This document shows, in pieces, positions 63,146 through 64,000 of a stretch of DNA of 64,000 bases. Origin of the DNA: Marsupella aquatica. Taxonomy: Eukaryota; Plantae; Marchantiophyta. The notes below the pieces were generated by a model. That model had not been told where the DNA came from, ran no database searches, and saw only the letters and a program-made list of their open reading frames with translations. How positions within the stretch are numbered: position 1 is the stretch's first letter; the number at the start of each line of letters is the position of its first letter. A program made the position numbers and the translations under genes. The stretch spans positions 29,928,331 through 29,992,330 of the forward strand of contig OZ316891.1 of assembly GCA_973895155.1 (NCBI GenBank), in the 5' to 3' direction.

Positions 63146-63580
63146 GCCTCGCTCCAAGAGCGTCATGCCCTTGCCTCGCTCCACGAGCGTCATACACTTA
63201 CCTTTCATCAGGAGCATCCTGCCCTTTCTTTTCTCCAAGGGCATCCGCTCTCCATTGCCTCGCCATCAGAGCGTCCCTCAACCGCCTCGCCCCTAGAGCG
63301 ACCCTCCATCGCCTAGCCCCTAGAGCGACCCTCATTCACCTTGCCCCTAGAGCGTCTCTCCATCGCCTCGCCCCTAGAGCGACCCTCATTCACCTCGCCC
63401 CTAGAGCGACCCTCCATCGCCTCGCCTCTAGAGCGACCCTCCATCGCCTCGCCCCTAGAGCGACCCTCCATCGCCTCGCCCCTAGAGCGACCCTCCATCG
63501 CTTCGCCCCTAGAGCGTCCCTCAATCGCCTCGCCCCTAGAGCGTCGCAACCTTGCCTCGCTCCAAGAGCGTCCCTGACCT
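63146..63580. repeat. 27-bp tandem array (~16 units, consensus GCCTCGCCCCTAGAGCGACCCTCCATC)
   Basis: 12 regular units from 63257 plus about 4 degenerate units from 63146. The core is the same TCGC...GAGCGA palindrome as in the 60-bp array. Confidence 0.92.
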
Positions 63581-64000
63581 TAGAATCCTGTTGTGTAAAG
63601 CCAATACACATAAACTCCCAAATATTTTTTTCCTTTAAATAGAATTCAAATGTTTAGATCTAATATTGTAATATCTAGAGTAGTGCTTATCAGTGTGCAC
63701 ATCAGCTGAACAATTTTTAAATGTTTTTGGATGCAGAGATCCTTTCGCTACCATGAGTAAATTTATGCGAGGGGATGAAGTTTCATAATTGATAATTGAT
63801 GGTTTTGAAGTGGCAATTGGGACCATCCAAAAGGTTGATCCCAAAGACACTATACACAATATTTGTCTTGGGAAAAATCGAATTGGGGTCCTTATCGAGA
63901 GGTGTCTTGAAACATCTTGTCCACTACCATTTCCATCCAAAACATCATCAAGCCTAGGTGATGCAGTTGACTCATGTGTGATCTGGGATTCTTCCTTGGC

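Overview
Eukaryotic nuclear DNA from a land plant; intron sizes and gene content suggest a bryophyte such as a liverwort (inference). Host genes: a GT61 glycosyltransferase (-), a type III polyketide synthase whose catalytic Cys is replaced by Ser (+), a 9-exon Pumilio/PUF gene (+), an F-box/kelch gene (-), a VAP/MSP-domain gene (+) and a RING gene (+). Mobile DNA: a full-length Ty1/copia element (344-bp LTRs, AAGCT TSD) with a disrupted gag-pol and two nested MITEs, a third copy of that MITE family (CTCGGGGG termini, 8-bp TSD), and three related non-autonomous Helitrons. The most unusual locus is 55.7-64 kb. There, several minus-strand ORFs splice in phase into one ~1,710-aa protein: Lys-rich region, ParB/Srx-like domain, degenerate beta-class N4C/N6A DNA methyltransferase, FCP1/NIF HAD phosphatase-like domain and a CCCH-like finger. 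This copy has one frameshift and one stop. Its introns and upstream flank hold roughly 25-30 copies of a TCGCTC-N3-GAGCGA palindrome, reminiscent of a ParB/parS pair, probably inside a large mobile element whose ends are not resolved here. All domain calls come from motif recognition by eye; no database search was run.
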